Made by a program: the position numbers and the translations under genes. A model generated the notes under the pieces. It had not been told where the DNA came from and did no database searches. It saw only the letters and a list, made by a program, of their open reading frames with translations. 64,000 nucleotides of DNA from Lingula anatina (Eukaryota; Animalia; Brachiopoda): contig CM120645.1 of NCBI GenBank assembly GCA_051362555.1, positions 12,648,001 through 12,712,000 of the forward strand. Reading direction: 5' to 3'. Positions 50,079 through 62,603 of the stretch are shown here, piece after piece (the stretch's first letter is position 1; every line of letters starts with the position of its first letter).

Positions 50079-53000
50079 TAATAGGAGAGAACTGGGAGAG
50101 GTACAGACAAGGAGTGAGGTGATGGAGAGCCTGAAAACATCCTGACAGAAGTCTCCCTAATCTTCACAATGCTAATCTTCTCTGTACCTGTTCCCATGCA
50201 CGTGTGAAGCACAAAAAGCAAAGCTGTAGTGCATGAGGGTGGGGTCAATCATGATGCCATTCTCCGCCCTCTCCAGCAGGTCGCTAAGGTAACACAGGTG
50301 GCGGTGACAGCCGCGCACGCCGTAGCGTGCCGTGTACTCATCGAGGCAGAACACTTGACCTGGACTGAACCAACCCTACAACATACAAATGAATATATTT
50401 CAATATAAAGCATTACTGGGAGTGCACAGTACGGGGCACTTGCTGGATGACTAGATTAAGTTGATATCCATGACAACTTAAATTAAACTGTCAACAGAGC
50501 AGAAGCCCTGTGGGTTAATTATATCATATGTCTTGTTAATCTTTGCAATATGAAAGATCAGCACTTATTTTAGACAATAGCAGGCTTACTGCTCACCATT
50601 AAAAAAATAACATGCTCTTCTGACAGCCAAAGTTATTAAGGCTCAAGGCAAAGATCAATGTTCATCATGTCATCATAAATTAAAATGTGTCAACAAAAAC
50701 AAAAGATATAGTAACAAACACCCAATATATAGTAACACACACACACACACACACACACATACTTGTCTATGTGTACCAACCGAGGACATCAGCACAACAC
50801 CATACAACCGAGGACATCTTATTCCTTGGTTAAATCAAAATAAAAACATTCAATTTAGGGTAAAATCTATTCGAGTATGAATGTTATAAATTAATTTTTT
50901 ATAAAAACTAATTTTTTGCTGACAAGAATTTTACATTCTAACCGAGGACACACACGGACACACACACGGACAGACACTACACATTACAACCGAGGACATG
51001 CATGCATCTACATGTAATAATGATTGTACTTTTAATGCAAAGCAAATTTTATATAGCGTTACTTTGCAGCAATTCACATTTTTATGAAATTCTTTCATAT
51101 TTAAGGTAAATTCCAAAATAACACCAGAGGTGATGATTAAATGAACAGTTATACAATATTTAATGCTGGGCTTTGCCACTTTTTTAGAATTGAAGATTAT
51201 GAGATAAAACATCAATTAATTTAGGAAAAGAAAAGATACTGATGAAATAAAATAAAAGACCAAAGAAATTCGTTTTCAAACATTTTATTTTCATAATGCT
51301 TATTTTCTATTTAGCACTCTTTTATTATCATGAATTTTGTATTTTGATAACACAAAATGTCGTCCATAGGATACAGACTTGAACAGTACACAATTTTACA
51401 ATTAAGGACATCATGCCAGCAGCACCCAAAATTGTGCTTTCTTCCAATTTGATGCAATATTATATAATGCTTAACAGCATAATGATCATCAATTTTTTAT
51501 AATAAAATATTAGTATCATGAATATTCAGAAAATGTGACTAGCAAAGGTTTTCAGGTTCATGGAACTGTACTGAAATGGGTTTCTTTCCATTTTTAACTT
51601 TTTTTACATAAAATAATACAGTTTACTGCCATTTCACATGATCAACTAAGAAAATTGTTGAGATGGCAAAAATATCAATATAACAAGTTTAAATGTCCAA
51701 TTTCCTCCATTACGAACATTGTGAATGATTGAATCTGACAAACTACAATGATACGAGTTCATTTCCACTTTTTTTACACAATACAAGATAACAGGTTTAC
51801 CACCATTTTTATATAATCAACTAGCAATATTGTCAAGACGCAGAAATTGTCAAACAACCCATTTTACATATCTAGTAAATTCAATAATGAGACTGTTTAC
51901 ATGCCTGACAATCAAATCTGAGGAAAACCACTTATATACAAATAAAAGCTGAAGTCCCTCAAAACTCAACCAATCAATCTTATTTTTAAATTTGATTTGT
52001 ATATAGATAACATTGATCACTCTTGTGAGTTTAATGACAACAGGCCTATCGGTTCTCCCTGAAATGTGCTTACAGTGTTACTAATATGCTTTTACTAATA
52101 ATCATCAGTTCTGTGAGTTTCATGAAAACATGCTTTAAGTTATTGGTTCTCCCTGAAATGTGCTTACAGTGTTACATATATGCTGAAAAAAAAAAAAAAA
52201 AAAAAAAAAAACAGCATAACATTTGAAAGAAAAGGGCCTGGTCTTGCTGATTTTCAATCTTGACCATTCTTTTACTAATAATCATCAGTTCTGTGAGTTT
52301 CATGAAAACAGGCTTATTGGTTCTCCTTGAAATATGTTAACAGTGTTGCATGTACACTGAAAAAAGGAGAAAAAATGCAAAACTTTTGAAAATAATCACC
52401 CCATTTCCTCCATTTTGAGACACTGTATTACACAGTACATGATAACATGTTTACCGTCATATTTATATAATCAACTAGCAATGTTGTAAAGATGCAGACA
52501 ATTTCAGAGAAACACTAACATATTTACATATCTAGTTAATTCAATAACGAAACTGTCAACATGCCTGACAATCAAATCTGAGGAAAACCACTTATATACA
52601 AATAAAAGCTGAAGTCCCTCAGAACTCAACCAATCTATCTTATTTTTAAATTTGATTTGTATATAGATAACATTGATCACTCTTGTGAGTTTAATGACAA
52701 CAGGCCTATCGGTTCTCCCTGAAATGTGCTTACAGTGTTACTTATATGCTTAAAAAAAACAGCATAACATTTGAAAGAAAAGGGCCTGGTCATGCTGATT
52801 TTCAATGTTGACCATTCTTTTACTAATAATCATCAGTTCTGTGAGTTTCATGAAAACAGGCTTATTGGTTCTCCTTGAAATGTGCTTACAGTGTTACATA
52901 TATGCTGAAAAAAAAACAGCATAACATTTGAAAGAAAAGGGCCTGGTCATGCTGATTTTCAATCTTGACCATTCTTTTACTTATAATCATCAGTTCTGTG

Positions 53001-53713
53001 AGTTTTATGAAAAGCCTACTCTGAAGTATCGAATAAAAGTACTGATGGAATAAAAGTACTGGGTGGAAAAAATCTCGAAATTTAATAAAAGTACTGGATG
53101 GAATAAAAGTACTGGGTGGAAAAAACCTTTACACCGCTCCCCCCCACCCCCCCCCCCCCCCCAAAAAAAAAAAAAATGAAATAAATAAATAAAAGTAAAG
53201 AAGAAGAAGAGAAAGAAACAAGGCAGCAAAGCTGTCAAATGTACAGACAAAAACCAGAAAATAAAAACGCAGGAAATAGGATACTGTCAATTCTGATGAA
53301 CTAATGTATTATGCTAACTGTAAATGCATAGCCAAAATCAAATTCTTATTCTGCATAACATTGGATTAGGATGAAAGTAAAATGTGTATCAAGCATTAGA
53401 CTAAGTTCCCATACCTAGATCAATCTAACAGGATCAATCCAACTCCAAGGGGTTTCTCACTAAATTGCTTTCAGTTTAAGAGTCTTAGGATTCTGGCATG
53501 CCAGTTTCAGTAGGCGTGACAGACAACTAAGCCACTTACATCGATTGCAATTTAGCGAGAATTCCCATGGAGATAGATCGATCCACAGTTAGCGTGATAG
53601 GGTCTGGAAATAGTCCCTAAGGTGTCAGGCTGATAAGAGTTAAACTTTGGAAATGCCAGAATGAGGTACTGTGAAAATTAAACACAAAAAAAAATTGCTT
53701 AAACTCATTAAAA

Positions 53714-53785
<72 letters not shown>

Positions 53786-56758
53786 TTTTTTTTTTTTTTT
53801 TTTTTGCTGTATGTCAATCCTAAGAATCATTCTTGTAACTTAACAAAATACAGAAAATGTTACAAAGTAAGAGTACAGGGCTCCTGGCAGATGGGAGTGA
53901 TAAGTCACGACTTGAAAATGCCAGTATAGCACTCTATAAACCTGCATTGCCTCCAAAACAGAAAACAATCACACTGGTTTTCAAACACAACCTGCACTTC
54001 TGTATTATGAAACTTTTCAGTAAGTTTCAGTATCGTAAGTAACATGGTTTTCCCTTAACCGCTATCCTGGCAGCAGTGTCCAAAATAGGGTTTTCTTCAA
54101 CTTTCATGCAATAAACCATAATACTTAACAGCATAATGACCATCAAATTTTTTATAAAAAAATAAAAGTATCATGAATATTCAGAAAATGTGATTTGGGA
54201 AGGTCTTCAAGGCCATGGAAGTTCAGAGTCACACTTTCAAAATGCCAAAATGTAAACAAGAGATAACTGTACTGAAATGATTTTCTTTCCATTTTCAACA
54301 CCTTTTTTAAAACAAAATGATCAATAAACTGTCATTTTTAAATGTTCAACTAGGAAAATTGTTGACATAGGAAAACTATCAATAGAACAATTTTCAATGT
54401 CCAATTTGCTCCATTTGCAGATGCTGAACATAGTGAATGATTAAATCTGACAAACTGCAATGATGAGTTCCTTTCCATTTATGATACTTTATTACACAAT
54501 GCACAATATTATAACAGGTTTACCGTCATTTTTATATAATCAACAATATTGTTAAGAAGCAGAAAATGTCAAAACAACACTTTTACATATCTTATTAGTT
54601 CCATAATGAGACTGTTAACATGCCTAAGAATTAAATCTGAAGAAATAACAATTATATACAAAAATACAGAAAATGCACAGCACTTCTGGTGGATGGGAGT
54701 AAAAAAATCACATCTTGAAGATGCTAGTGTTTGAAAAATAATTTAAAAAAAAATTAAAAAAAAAAAAACGTAAAAAATTCCAATAAAGCTGCTATTCAAA
54801 CTTTTAATCTAGCTGTATTAACTTGATATTAATAACCCCACCAAGTTTGAGAAAAATAAAGCACTGTTATTCATCTATAGCATGTTGGCATAACACATTC
54901 TTTTTGTTGTAAATTTATTTGCAATGTTTAACACCATTTATCTGCACAATTATCACCAAATCCTAATTTTGTGACACAGTTAAGACAGCTAAACCTATGG
55001 GACTTTACAGGGAAATCTCAAGGAGTGTTTTATGTAATCTCATTTAATGGCCAATTGAAAATTAATGAGTAGGCAAGTGACTTTATAGACCTTAATTTAA
55101 TTAGTGATCACCCAAGGGACAATTTTATAGACTGCCATCCATACAGTACCATCATATAGCACAAAGGTGTTGCATACATGCTGAAAAAAGTGAAAAACAG
55201 CATTACTTCCCTAAAAATGACCCAATCACGCTGATTTTCAAACTTGACCTGCGTATTATGAATATTCATCAGTTCTGTAAGTTTGAAACCAAAAGGTAAA
55301 ATGGTTTTCCACCTATCGTGTTATCGGTGCTGCATATATGCTGAAAAAAAGTGAAAAAACAGCATAAATTCCCTATAAGTGACCCGATCATGCTGATTTT
55401 CGAACTTGACCTGCGTATTACGAATATTCATCAGTTCTGTAAGTTTCAAGCCAAAAGAAAAAATAGTTTTCCACTTATCGTGTTATCGGTAAAAGTGCAC
55501 GGCGACGACGGCGACAGCGACGGCGACGACAGACGCAGATGACGGCTATATGTACAGACACATCTGTGTCTGTACATAAAAAGCTAGCTATTGATCATTG
55601 TAAAAAAAAAAAAAAATTCACCAGGTAAAATTCACTCAGTATTAAAATTTATCTTAAAAACGGGATGAGTAAAATTTCATAATAATTGTCAGGGGCCGAA
55701 GACCCAGATATATCGCACCTAAGCCGCCTCCGAGAGCCATACGGTTCATACTAGTAAATTTATTCTCAGATATAATGTTCGTTTTGCATACCTGTAAACT
55801 CCTAAGGGTTTATCTTACATAGAAATGTGATTTAACATCGTTTAAATCATAAATCGGCATGAAATAATTGGCGTTTGACAACAGGCACAACTTCTTTGCT
55901 GCACTTGAAATGACCTCCTTAGCTATAAATATGATCCTATCACCTTGCGACATTGCATCATTCGATCGATATACATGAGTAGTTGTCACTGCTGAAGGGA
56001 AAGCACGTCTATTTATAGAAACTGAAGTCAGGTGACGCATGTACTGTTGTGTTCAGAGAGCGACTTCCGCTTGACCTACTTTCCAGTGCTGTTTGTGGAA
56101 CAGTAGGTAATGAGTTGAGATCTCGATTTTCTTCTCATTATACTTCAATTTAAGAAAATAAAAAGCGTGACTTGTACTTGTGTAATTTCCCACCGGTACA
56201 ATAGGTATTTAATAAACATACCGGGTGGAAGATTTTTGAAAAATTAATAAGCGTAGGCTACTGGGTGAAAATGGAGCGTACCGGCGGGAAGAAATTTGGA
56301 AAATTAATTAACGTACCGGTACGTTTATTTGATACTTCAGAGTAGGAGAGCTTAATTTGATAAAAAAGACCTTTAGTTTAAAAATATGAACTTACTGAAT
56401 ATATAGACATCTGAGATATAACATTAGTTTCAGTTTAGTCTGCCCTTTACAGCACAACCGAGGACGCGGAATTTGGTCCGCCCTTTACAGCACAACCGAG
56501 GACGCGTGTGTATAGCCCGATTTCAGACAAAAAGTTGGACAGTATTTCTGATACACTCGTGGCGGGAATTTGGCCCGCGCTATACAGCATAACCGAGGAC
56601 TGGCTCAGAATAGCGTCAAATTTCACCACCTAACTTGAAATGGGCCCCTTTATGCATTCCACTGCTTATGTCAACCGAGGACGTCCTCGGTTGGAGGTGT
56701 GTCCTCGGTTAGTGGGTTTCGGGCGGGTGTGTGTCCTCGGTTAGAATGCGTGCACAAG

Positions 56759-56812
<54 letters not shown>

Positions 56813-59800
56813 AGATATCCATTGTCAGTGCCCATGTACTAACCAAGCAAGTGTAGGCATCTTCCAGCCTGTAGTCTAAGGTCAAGGTCTGGAGCTTCTT
56901 AAACAGCACTGCGTGGTCAAATTTGTAAGGTTCTGCCAGCACAAAGTCGTCCAGGCCATGTTTCCTGGCACGATCAGCATCTGGAAATATTGAGGGTGTT
57001 CTGGTTAAAATTTCGTAATACAGGTTAAATATCTTCTTAGTACCCCTAAGATATAAAATTAAAATGTAATAATACAGGTTAAATATCTTCTTAATATCCA
57101 TAAAACATAAAATTTTAATTTCATACTACAGGTTAAATACCTTCCTAGTACTTTTAAATAAAAGTCTTAAAAAGCATGATGTTGGGGCAGCAAAGCAGAA
57201 TATTTCAAATACCTGAATGCACAAATTCAATGTATACCTTCCCAAGAAAAGGACTGGTTACTTTTAAGGTTAAATATTATCTTGGCAATGTTAGTAATGC
57301 ACTGTAAATGTTCACGCTGACAACGGGCAATTGTCTATAAATATATCCAAAATGTGTTTTTACACAGTTTATAGGGGCTCAATCATTTTAAATTAAGTGG
57401 TTAGAAAACTGATTTACCAATCACTTTCCTTAAAAGGATTTTTTCTGTCTTTCTTAATCAATAGTTAGTGCAGAAGAGTCTGGCTCATGTCAAACAGTCT
57501 CCTTTTAAGCTTAAAGGCTTTCCTTTTTATCAAAGGATTTACTTGGAATAGTTTCACTTTAACTGCAAAATCTATTTCCAGAACATTTTTGTACAACTGC
57601 ATTTGATTCTGAACAGCTAGATTCATGCCTCTTAAAGATAACATATTTCCTTTCTAAAAGCATTATAACCCTTTTATGAGGAAAAATACTATTTTAAATT
57701 ATGTATATTTATTGAAATGACTGAATAAAAGTAATCAAGATTTCTATCATGATTATTATGATTCTCTTTATATCATCATCATCATCATCACTGCTTATCA
57801 ATTGTGAATATGTTTATTGAGCTACCCCCCCCCCCCCCCTTGTGTCCGTGACAGAGTAGAGTTGGCTGTCTTAGTGCCCTGTTGTATTGCTGTGGGGGCC
57901 TGTGGTTTATGGGTCTGTCCTGTACCCCGATTCACACACCCCCTCAACCCCACCCCTTCTTACCTCCTTGTATCCGTGACAGTGTCGAGTTGGCTGTCTT
58001 GGTGCCCTGTTGTATTGCTGTGGGGGCCTGTGGTTTATGGGACTGTCCTGTCGCCCTATACACAGCCTGCACCCACAGTGTCCTCTCGTTCTCGTCCTCT
58101 GTGGCAAAGATGACACTGTCCCCTTCCTTGACTGTGTTGAAGAAACAACGCCCTCCCTCTAGGTCTGAAAGCACATACAAAATAGCCTCTGATAGTTTTT
58201 TACTTTTTATTTATTTATTGATGCAATAACCATTACTCGATTCAAGTTTGAAATGTGAGACATGATGCACTCTGAAGTCTACCTTTCATAATGCCACTTT
58301 TATTCTCATATAAAATAGCTTAAACCAAAAGGTAAAGACTATTTACCTTGAGTCAATATTCACAACAAATTAATAAAATTAATGCAATACGACAAAACAT
58401 TTAGATGATTTCAGTTTGATGACCAGTAATTTGACATCTCATATTTCATCTAAGCTTACCACTGGGAGCCTCAGTGTAGTCCACAGTGTACCCGTCCAGC
58501 TGCATCATCTCTGTGGGATCTGGCTTCTTCTCCCTGTAGCTACACATGGCAAACGTGTACTGGGACACCTGTAGAAAGCAAGAGGGACTTAAGGCAAATA
58601 CTGTTACTTAGTATATCCCCCTGTTGTGCACCGACACTCTTAACTACAGAGCATTAGTACTATGTTTGCCTTTCATGCTCAGGAGAAAGAGCAGGACACT
58701 TAAAAATGTATTTTTATTACATATGCATCTCCGTGGTACGCTTTTCCCTCATAGCTACAGTGATTGCATGTGTTTGACTTTTCGGAAGATTGGGGAGAAG
58801 AGTTTTTTTGTAGATATTTCATTGCATCAGTTTCAACTAAGATTGTTGCATTAAGTGGTAGCAGCTGAGCATGCTAGCCTCATCAAGAATACCGAGTACT
58901 GAATTTTTTCTTTTTACTCACGATCGTTCTATTTTTATGCAGACATTGGATGCTTTATATCACTTTACAGCTATAAAATACTCAGCCTTTGTCAGGAAAA
59001 AAACAGGAAAAAAGCCCTCTTTATTCTATTATACAACTGCCCTTAATCATACTGATTGCATGACAATCAGTTCCCATTGATCAGGCCATCACACAACACA
59101 CCTGTGCTAAACCATCAAATAACATACCTGTACTAAAACAAAATATCTCTTCTTCCATTTTTTCCACACACTTTTCCCCATGGCATAAAGATAACTGGAA
59201 ATGTAATACAGACTTGTTATTAAGTATCTACAGCAGTGGAAAGTTTGATATCAATCCTATACTTTACTTTCAACAAAAAATTATCTTTTTTTTTACTTAT
59301 GTCGTAAGTGAAAATTTACATCAAATCAAAAGTTTGACTAAAAATGACTAAAGTACAAATGTCTTGAAAATGACTAAAACATGGGTATTCTGAAAAAGAC
59401 TAAAATATGGTTATCTTGAAAATGGCTAAAATATGGGCATTATAAAAAACAAACAAATATAGGTAACCTAACCTCAGTCTGTAACTCACCCACAATGTTT
59501 CATATTCTGCGGCTTGTCCATCCTGACAGCTATCTTGATCTTCAGCTCATCTGGGAAATTCTTCGGGGTGTGCATCTTGTGCCACTCGGGTACCTTGGGG
59601 CTACTGGCCGTGGGCCTGATGATCACCTGAAACAGTGGGGAGAACTTGGTCTGTGAGGTTGTATTAATGTGGAAATATTTTCTAAGAGGGCATTCAGAAT
59701 ACCAAACTAACAGCAGACTAACTATTAAAAAGCTTGTTGCTTAATTCTTGATTAAACGGTGAATAGATTCCCTTTGGGATTATGCAGCAAGTATTCAAGT

Positions 59801-61920
59801 GGGTCGGCCATGTTTGATCTGCAGACTAGTTAGTCCTCTGTTCTGAATGCGCTCCAAGACCAATTGTGCTTACATAAATAATTTTATTGTAATCCAACAG
59901 GACTGACTGCTTCACTATGCTATAAGAAGTATAATTCACATAAGTTAAAGAAAGCCTTTTATATGCTGTCCTGCTGGAAGAAATGAACTTACAATCAAAA
60001 TATTCAGTCAAAATACAAATCTATTTCAGTCAACTGAACAACATCAATAGAGACAGTGTGAGAGAAGTCTGGTACACCGCATAACCTACGCAATTTGGAT
60101 GCCTTCAATGCATACTTGATTCGAATACTGGTTAAGAGAAACATTTAGCATCTTAAGCTTAGGTTGGGCAAATGTTATGTCCCTGATGCTATAGATTTAC
60201 CCATCTAGCAAAATGATTTCCTTGGTTGAGAAAGCTGGTATTGCTGCAAGGGAGCTTTAAGTAGAAATTTGGGCTGCTAACAGGGAAAGCCATTACCATT
60301 ACAAAAGCCATTACCAGCTCATCCTCTAAATCTTTATTTCAAATTGAAATACTAAGTGAAGAAAACAAAAACTTTCAAGGGGATGTCATGACAAAACCAA
60401 GGATATTAAGCTTAGCAGTTAAAATTGCTATGCTTTAAATACATCCAATTGTCAATGAAATAAAATTCCTGGGCTTTTAATGGAAAGAAGAAAAACATCA
60501 GTAAAGCGATAATCAAATTATCAAATGATAATCAAATTGTCAAATGCTTTGCTACCAGGTACTTGTCAATCTGGTGAACATTGGTTTTTCATGAGTTTCG
60601 AGATGAACAGCGGAGGGCTGAATGCACAAAGGAATTTAACCCAATAATTCCCTTTTAGCCTGAAGACTCTAACAATCCTAGGCTACTTCAAACTGCAATC
60701 AGAGAGAATAATTTTGTCATCAGACAACAAAATTGGTAACCTTGGGGTTTTTTTTTAAGCTTTAGAGACACAAAGGGATGCCTCTATAAAGAGGTTCTGT
60801 GTACAGGGATACTTCTAAAATTCATTTGAAAAAAATGTCTAATAACTTCTGAAAAGCAAATAAGTTTGTCAGATTTGGCGCTTAATATTCAATTACCTCA
60901 ATCTGTTTACTATAAAACCAGAATAAGTCTTAAATTCTGGGGTCAATTTCCCCAAAAGAAATAGTGATCAAACAAGGGTGTCATTTTCAGACAACAAACA
61001 CAAATAATACACACAATTAAAAGTGATCATTTCCAGCAATTTGACCAAATTTGATTTTTACTTTGAAATCCTATATTCAAATGTGAACTAGAGGAGGAAT
61101 GAGGGTGATAGCTGGGGGTGGAGGGAACACATACCTTCCCTAGTTCCCTGTCTTCCAGACTCAGTAATGCCAACTTCTCTGTGAATAGTTTCACTTTGAC
61201 CACAGGCAGCGGGTGAGTTGTGGTGAAGTCTCCTTGGGTGTCCCAGCTGATGAAAAATTAATAAAAATATTAAAAATCACTAGATTATTGTCATCAAAAG
61301 AATTAACATGACAATATATGCAAGGGATTGCTTTTTAAACTCTATATACTTAACTATAATACTTACATTCAATGACTTTCACTTAATTTGCAGCCTGACT
61401 TAATTGATCAATATACTAACTATTTGACAATACGTAAAATCTTACACCTTAACTATACTCTCATTCTTCAGCCATTTGTACAGTTTTCTACATTTACTAA
61501 CATCTCTGACCTGTTTCAAAAAAGAACACATAACTATAAGACCAACATTTATCCTTCTGAAACCTGGGAAAATCAGGCCCGAGCCCTAGTTTCACAAAAA
61601 AAAAAAAAAAAAAACTTCAGTCAGTTTCATGGCTTAGTAGACTAGGATGTCCATGAGAGTGATGAGAGTGCTGTAACACTGATTCTGATAGGGTAAGTTG
61701 TGTGCATGTGACCGTGTAACATTGGTAACAAAGATGGCAGCCACTGGAACCGACTTAAGTTTTGTTGTAAATCTGGGGCCAGATCTCGTCCCACTTACAC
61801 AGGTTTGGATGCTTCTGCCTGGTCTGTCTGTAGCTTCTCTCCACCCTCCACTTCCATGGTGCAGTAGACTATCTTGTTGGGGGCCAGGCACTTCAGTCCC
61901 TTCACCTCCATTACTACTAT
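30646..61920 (-). CDS. CADPS: Calcium-dependent secretion activator (CAPS/UNC-31): C2, PH, MHD1 and C-terminal regions; 5' exons lie beyond the window
   Basis: Constitutive minus-strand exons: 61920-61799, 61246-61135, 59626-59490, 59194-59128, 58568-58460, 58164-57964, 56980-56844, 50375-50188, 49832-49667, 49112-48989, 46683-46577, 41656-41500, 40880-40739, 34973-34818, 34402-34249, 33899-33825, 33422-33339, 32761-32642, 32285-32181, 31972-31886, 30828-30646 (TGA). All GT-AG, phases consistent. Signature peptides: [158 protein letters not shown]. Confidence 0.96.
31236..31586. mobile_element. Kolobok-like MITE
   Basis: TTAA|AGGGATAACAACTCT...AGAGTTATTATCCCT|TTAA; close copy at 32887-33224. 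Confidence 0.88.
31624..31798. mobile_element. PIF/Harbinger-like MITE
   Basis: TTA|GGCCACACTTTTTTTATTTTTATGGATGACATCCT...AGGATGTCATCCATAAAAATTAAAAAGTGTGGCC|TTA. Confidence 0.9.
32887..33224. mobile_element. Kolobok-like MITE
   Basis: TTAA|AGGGATAATAACTCT...AGAGTTATTATCCCT|TTAA. Confidence 0.88.
36775..36786 (-). CDS. Candidate CADPS 12-nt microexon (TPLR)
   Basis: attaac...gaaTGCtcttcacttctatAG | C ACT CCG CTT CG | GTAAGT; symmetric phase 2, between KWEAAG and NGCNTSED. Confidence 0.68.
36888..36989. mobile_element. Small MITE
   Basis: TIR GGCCATTCCACAGT...ACTGTGGAATGGTCC. Confidence 0.6.
37941..40424. mobile_element. 2.5-kb non-autonomous Tc1/mariner-type element carrying an internal satellite
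   Basis: TA|CAGTAAAGTCTTGAAAATTTCGTCG ... CGACGAAATTTTCAAGACTTTACCG|TA. Confidence 0.85.
38450..39805. repeat. CpG-rich higher-order satellite
   Basis: Subunits CGCGAACGATCTCCCGCTGA and ATATGAAAATTGC arranged in ~300-420 bp blocks starting near 38453, 38870, 39193, 39490. Confidence 0.88.
41196..41472. mobile_element. Family-B MITE, long subfamily
   Basis: GAGGGCAATCAGAACAG...TGTTCTGAATGCT; homologous to 17650-17892. Confidence 0.78.
42206..42214 (-). CDS. Weak candidate CADPS 9-nt microexon (KME)
   Basis: cttctcattaatttttttgtcaAG | AAG ATG GAG | GTATAC; phase 0; AAG acceptor and mediocre donor. Confidence 0.25.
43271..43285 (-). CDS. Candidate CADPS 15-nt microexon (FSKLQ)
   Basis: catttacatttggcatttcAG | TTT TCA AAG TTA CAG | GTAGGC; phase 0. 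Confidence 0.4.
45208..45219 (-). CDS. Candidate CADPS 12-nt microexon (EFRA)
   Basis: ccctgtttcccttgTGCttggtAG | GAG TTT CGA GCG | GTGAGT; phase 0, between EEHHAE and AFAWF. Confidence 0.65.
47712..47735 (-). CDS. Candidate CADPS 24-nt microexon B (A/S-THNGKSK)
   Basis: ACTAAC branch point, then atttgcctcttgttttggcaTGCtttcAG | CCACACACAATGGGAAGTCGAAAG | GTGAAT; symmetric phase 1; no stop. Confidence 0.68.
48054..48077 (-). CDS. Candidate CADPS 24-nt microexon A (G-VSVSMGT)
   Basis: cttgttccTGCttcgtctctttgtAG | GAGTATCTGTCAGTATGGGCACAT | GTAAGT; symmetric phase 1; strong pyrimidine tract and donor. Confidence 0.6.
52020..53012. repeat. Irregular ~150-bp tandem repeats plus a ~650-bp internal duplication
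   Basis: Repeated CATCAGTTCTGTGAGTTTCATGAAAACAGGCTTATTGGTTCTCC...CAGCATAACATTTGAAAGAAAAGGGCCTGG; 51900-52090 recurs at 52560-52750. Confidence 0.85.
53399..53617. mobile_element. Family-A-related MITE nested in the Tc1-like element
   Basis: GATAGATCGATCCACAG; end homologous to 2630-2706. Confidence 0.7.
55165..55582 (+). mobile_element. Helentron/HINE-like 3' end
   Basis: Two ~160-bp core repeats, (GACGGC)n-like microsatellite, terminal hairpin TATGTACAGACAC-ATCT-GTGTCTGTACATA (55549-55578), then an A-run. Confidence 0.65.
57838..57923 (-). repeat. Tandem duplication of the 3' part of a CADPS exon
   Basis: Matches 57967-58051 with about 5 substitutions. Confidence 0.92.
59686..59854. mobile_element. 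Family-B MITE
   Basis: GAGGGCATTCAGAA...TGTTCTGAATGCGCTC; homologous to 24281-24465. Confidence 0.8.
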
Positions 61921-61921
61921 C

Positions 61922-62603
61922 TGAAGGAGAGAGAAAAGTACATTTTACTACAAGGAGTAAGTTGTGAAGGAGAGAGAAAAGTACATTTTACTACAAGGAG
62001 TAAGTTGTGAAGGAGAGAGAACAGTACATTTTACTACAAGGAGTAAGTTGTCATGGAGAGAGAACAGTACATTTTACTACAAGGAGTAAGTTGTGAAGGA
62101 GAGAGAACAGTACATTTTACTACAAGGAGCAAGTTGTGAAGGAGAGAGAACAGTACATTTTACTACAAGGAACAAGTTGTGAAGGAGAGAGAACAGTACA
62201 TTTTACTACAAGGAACAAGTTGTGAAGGAGAGAGAACAGTACATTTTACTACAAGGAGTAAGTTGTGAAGGAGAGAGAACAGTACATTTTACTACAAGGA
62301 GCAAGTTGTGAAGGAGAGAGAACAGTACATTTTACTACAAGGAACAAGTTGTGAAGGAGAGAGAACAGTACATTTTACTACAAGGAGTAAGTTGTGAAGG
62401 AGAGAGAACAGTACATTTTACTACAAGGAGTAAGTTGTGAAGGAGAGAGAACAGTACATTTTACTACAAGGAACAAGTTGTGAAGGAGAGAGAACAGTAC
62501 ATTTTACTACAAGGAGCAAGTTGTGAAGGAGAGAGAACAGCACATTTTACTACAAGGAGTAGTTGTGAAGGAGAGAGAGCAGTACATTTTACTACAAGGA
62601 ACA
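61922..62603. repeat. 43-bp minisatellite (~16 copies) abutting a CADPS 3' splice site
   Basis: Unit TGAAGGAGAGAGAACAGTACATTTTACTACAAGGA(GT/GC/AC)AAGTTG. Confidence 0.95.

Larger units (their letters stand above)
53019..56342. mobile_element. 3.3-kb Tc1/mariner-type non-autonomous element nested in the composite
   Basis: TA|CTCTGAAGTATCGAATAAA ... TTTATTTGATACTTCAGAG|TA; subterminal AATAA..GTAC.GGGTGGAA repeats at both ends. Confidence 0.75.
50760..56760. mobile_element. ~6-kb composite insertion within a (CA)n microsatellite, with AACCGAGGAC subterminal repeats
   Basis: (CA)n at ~50736-50759 and 56761-56808 flank it. Ends CTTGT...AACCGAGGACA / TGTCCTCGGTT...ACAAG; the motif is repeated at both ends. 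Confidence 0.65.

Noticed and set aside
61922-62603. CRISPR-like array
   Set aside because: Units are contiguous with no unique spacers, in a eukaryotic intron with no cas genes; it is a minisatellite. The same applies to 29919-30326.
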